Part shown: positions 62,761 to 64,000 of the stretch, piece after piece | Layout of the letters: each line of letters starts with the position of its first letter | Numbering within the stretch: position 1 is the stretch's first letter | Source: Trichinella spiralis | Lineage: Eukaryota | Assembly: GCF_000181795.1 (NCBI RefSeq) | Contig: NW_003526945.1 | Location: 1,918,971 to 1,982,970, forward strand | Direction: 5' to 3' | Length of the DNA stretch: 64,000 bases | Position numbers and translations under genes: made by a program | Notes under the pieces: generated by a model | The model's input: the letters and a program-made list of their open reading frames with translations, nothing else | What the model was told of the DNA's origin: nothing | Databases searched by the model: none

Positions 62761-63651
62761 ATGTTAAGAATGGGTGACAATAATGCTGAAAATAATATGA
62801 CTGTGCGACCAAGAGGATTTCATGAAGGTTTGCCACTGCTTCAACAAATGAATAGATCTGATGTACCTGAATTTACCTCTGTGGTATTGCAACTTACGGA
62901 TCCCGTTGAAAGCATTTGGCGTACTGTGACTATTTTGATTGATAGAAGAAATGAATTTTACCAATTCATCGTGCCAATTTTGGAGCAAACTGTACCACGG
63001 TTATTCCAAAACATACGTATGGAAACAGACCCTCCACTAATTTTAGAACATCAAATGTTTATGGAAAATGTGATAGGATTTTCATATGGTAAATTGGGTG
63101 CTCATCACAGAGCGATTTTTCATCATGAGATAATATTGTGCTTACCCGCTGAAAAATTTGTGCAGCTTGCTTACAATACAATCAGCTCATGTTCAAATGA
63201 TTTTCGTTTGGTTGGAAGGTCGAATTTATACAGAGTAATTCATAATATCAAGCAAACAGCAATGCAGTGCCATGCAATTGTTCGAAATATATTTGTCATT
63301 ATTGTTGGAGTAGAAGAATATTTTGCTGAATTGAACCACTTTCGAGCGAATCAAGTTCAGAATGCTTCAGAGATGATAACTGAAAAGGACTATCCAACGC
63401 TTTATCGAGCTGAAGCTTTATTGAGTCGACAGGAATATGATCTAGCGTGCAGAGCAATTTTCGAAGGAGTACAAGTAAGTTACTGTCAAGTCAGTAGCAT
63501 GTATCAATTTGCACAGCAAGTCCATGCGTTTACCTCTGATATCGCATTTCGGGAATGTGAACATCGTCAGGCGATTGCGAGAGCAGTACATGAACATTTA
63601 TTGCGTGGCATAGAAAATCAGTTTGATGGCAATTTATTGTTGCCTCCATGA
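62761..63651 (+). CDS. Uncharacterised 296-aa protein, probably helical, single coding exon
   Basis: Long ORF in AT-rich DNA, preceded by a TTACAG acceptor; a decayed paralog in the same window supports that it is coding. Confidence 0.78.
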   Translation: MLRMGDNNAENNMTVRPRGFHEGLPLLQQMNRSDVPEFTSVVLQLTDPVESIWRTVTILIDRRNEFYQFIVPILEQTVPRLFQNIRMETDPPLILEHQMFMENVIGFSYGKLGAHHRAIFHHEIILCLPAEKFVQLAYNTISSCSNDFRLVGRSNLYRVIHNIKQTAMQCHAIVRNIFVIIVGVEEYFAELNHFRANQVQNASEMITEKDYPTLYRAEALLSRQEYDLACRAIFEGVQVSYCQVSSMYQFAQQVHAFTSDIAFRECEHRQAIARAVHEHLLRGIENQFDGNLLLPP

Positions 63652-64000
63652 CCTCTAACTAATTTTAATTTTATGTAATGGCTATCCATGTGGAAAGTAA
63701 GCGTTTATTTGCTTTTTTATATACTATCTTATGATTTTTCATGAAGTTTAAATGCACTGTACATTACTTTCATGATTTTCCAAGCTGTCAAACTATTTTT
63801 ATAAATAGCTGATGAAATGAAATAAAACAAATGAACATGTAAGTGAATTATATGAGCATCAATTTTAACCAGTCAAAAAATGAAGTCAATTGTTTGAAAG
63901 CAGTAGCACAAATTCATTCTAAATTAAAATGAACCTTCAAGATTGAGGTAATCAGTTACATTAATGTAATATTAAAAGAAAATTATTTCAGTTGTAAAGA

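Noticed and set aside
1..64000. tRNA, rRNA, snRNA or SL RNA genes
   Set aside because: GTTCGA-like sites examined lacked cloverleaf context and nothing was recognisable by eye; an Infernal/tRNAscan-SE run would be needed to exclude them

Overview
AT-rich eukaryotic genomic DNA with short introns and TTTCAG-type acceptors. It is nematode-like, and gene style and composition suggest Trichinella (inference only). There are four 10-N gaps (986-995, 2279-2288, 54866-54875, 56235-56244). Conserved spliced genes reconstructed by hand: CIB2/3-like (+), STOML2 (-, two GC-AG introns), cactin (-), DUS3L (+), ERI3 (+), a coiled-coil + CBM48 protein (-), a large LPMO-like/EGF/multi-DOMON type I membrane protein (-), a tight BTB/NTMT1/CutA cluster (-, probable operon) and a 7TM chemoreceptor-like GPCR (-). 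An orphan family of acidic, C-terminally hydrophobic proteins occurs as a ~2.5 kb tandem unit, with two copies at 20.2-25.4 kb and an inverted array at 54.9-59.8 kb. Between copies 1 and 2 the non-coding flanks are almost identical but the main coding exon is strongly diverged. The ORF-free region at 36.7-37.3 kb holds a cluster of pre-miRNA-like hairpins; two are paralogous and carry the miR-51/miR-100 seed (ACCCGUA) on their 3' arms. A 296-aa orphan gene (+) has a frameshifted paralog at ~54 kb.
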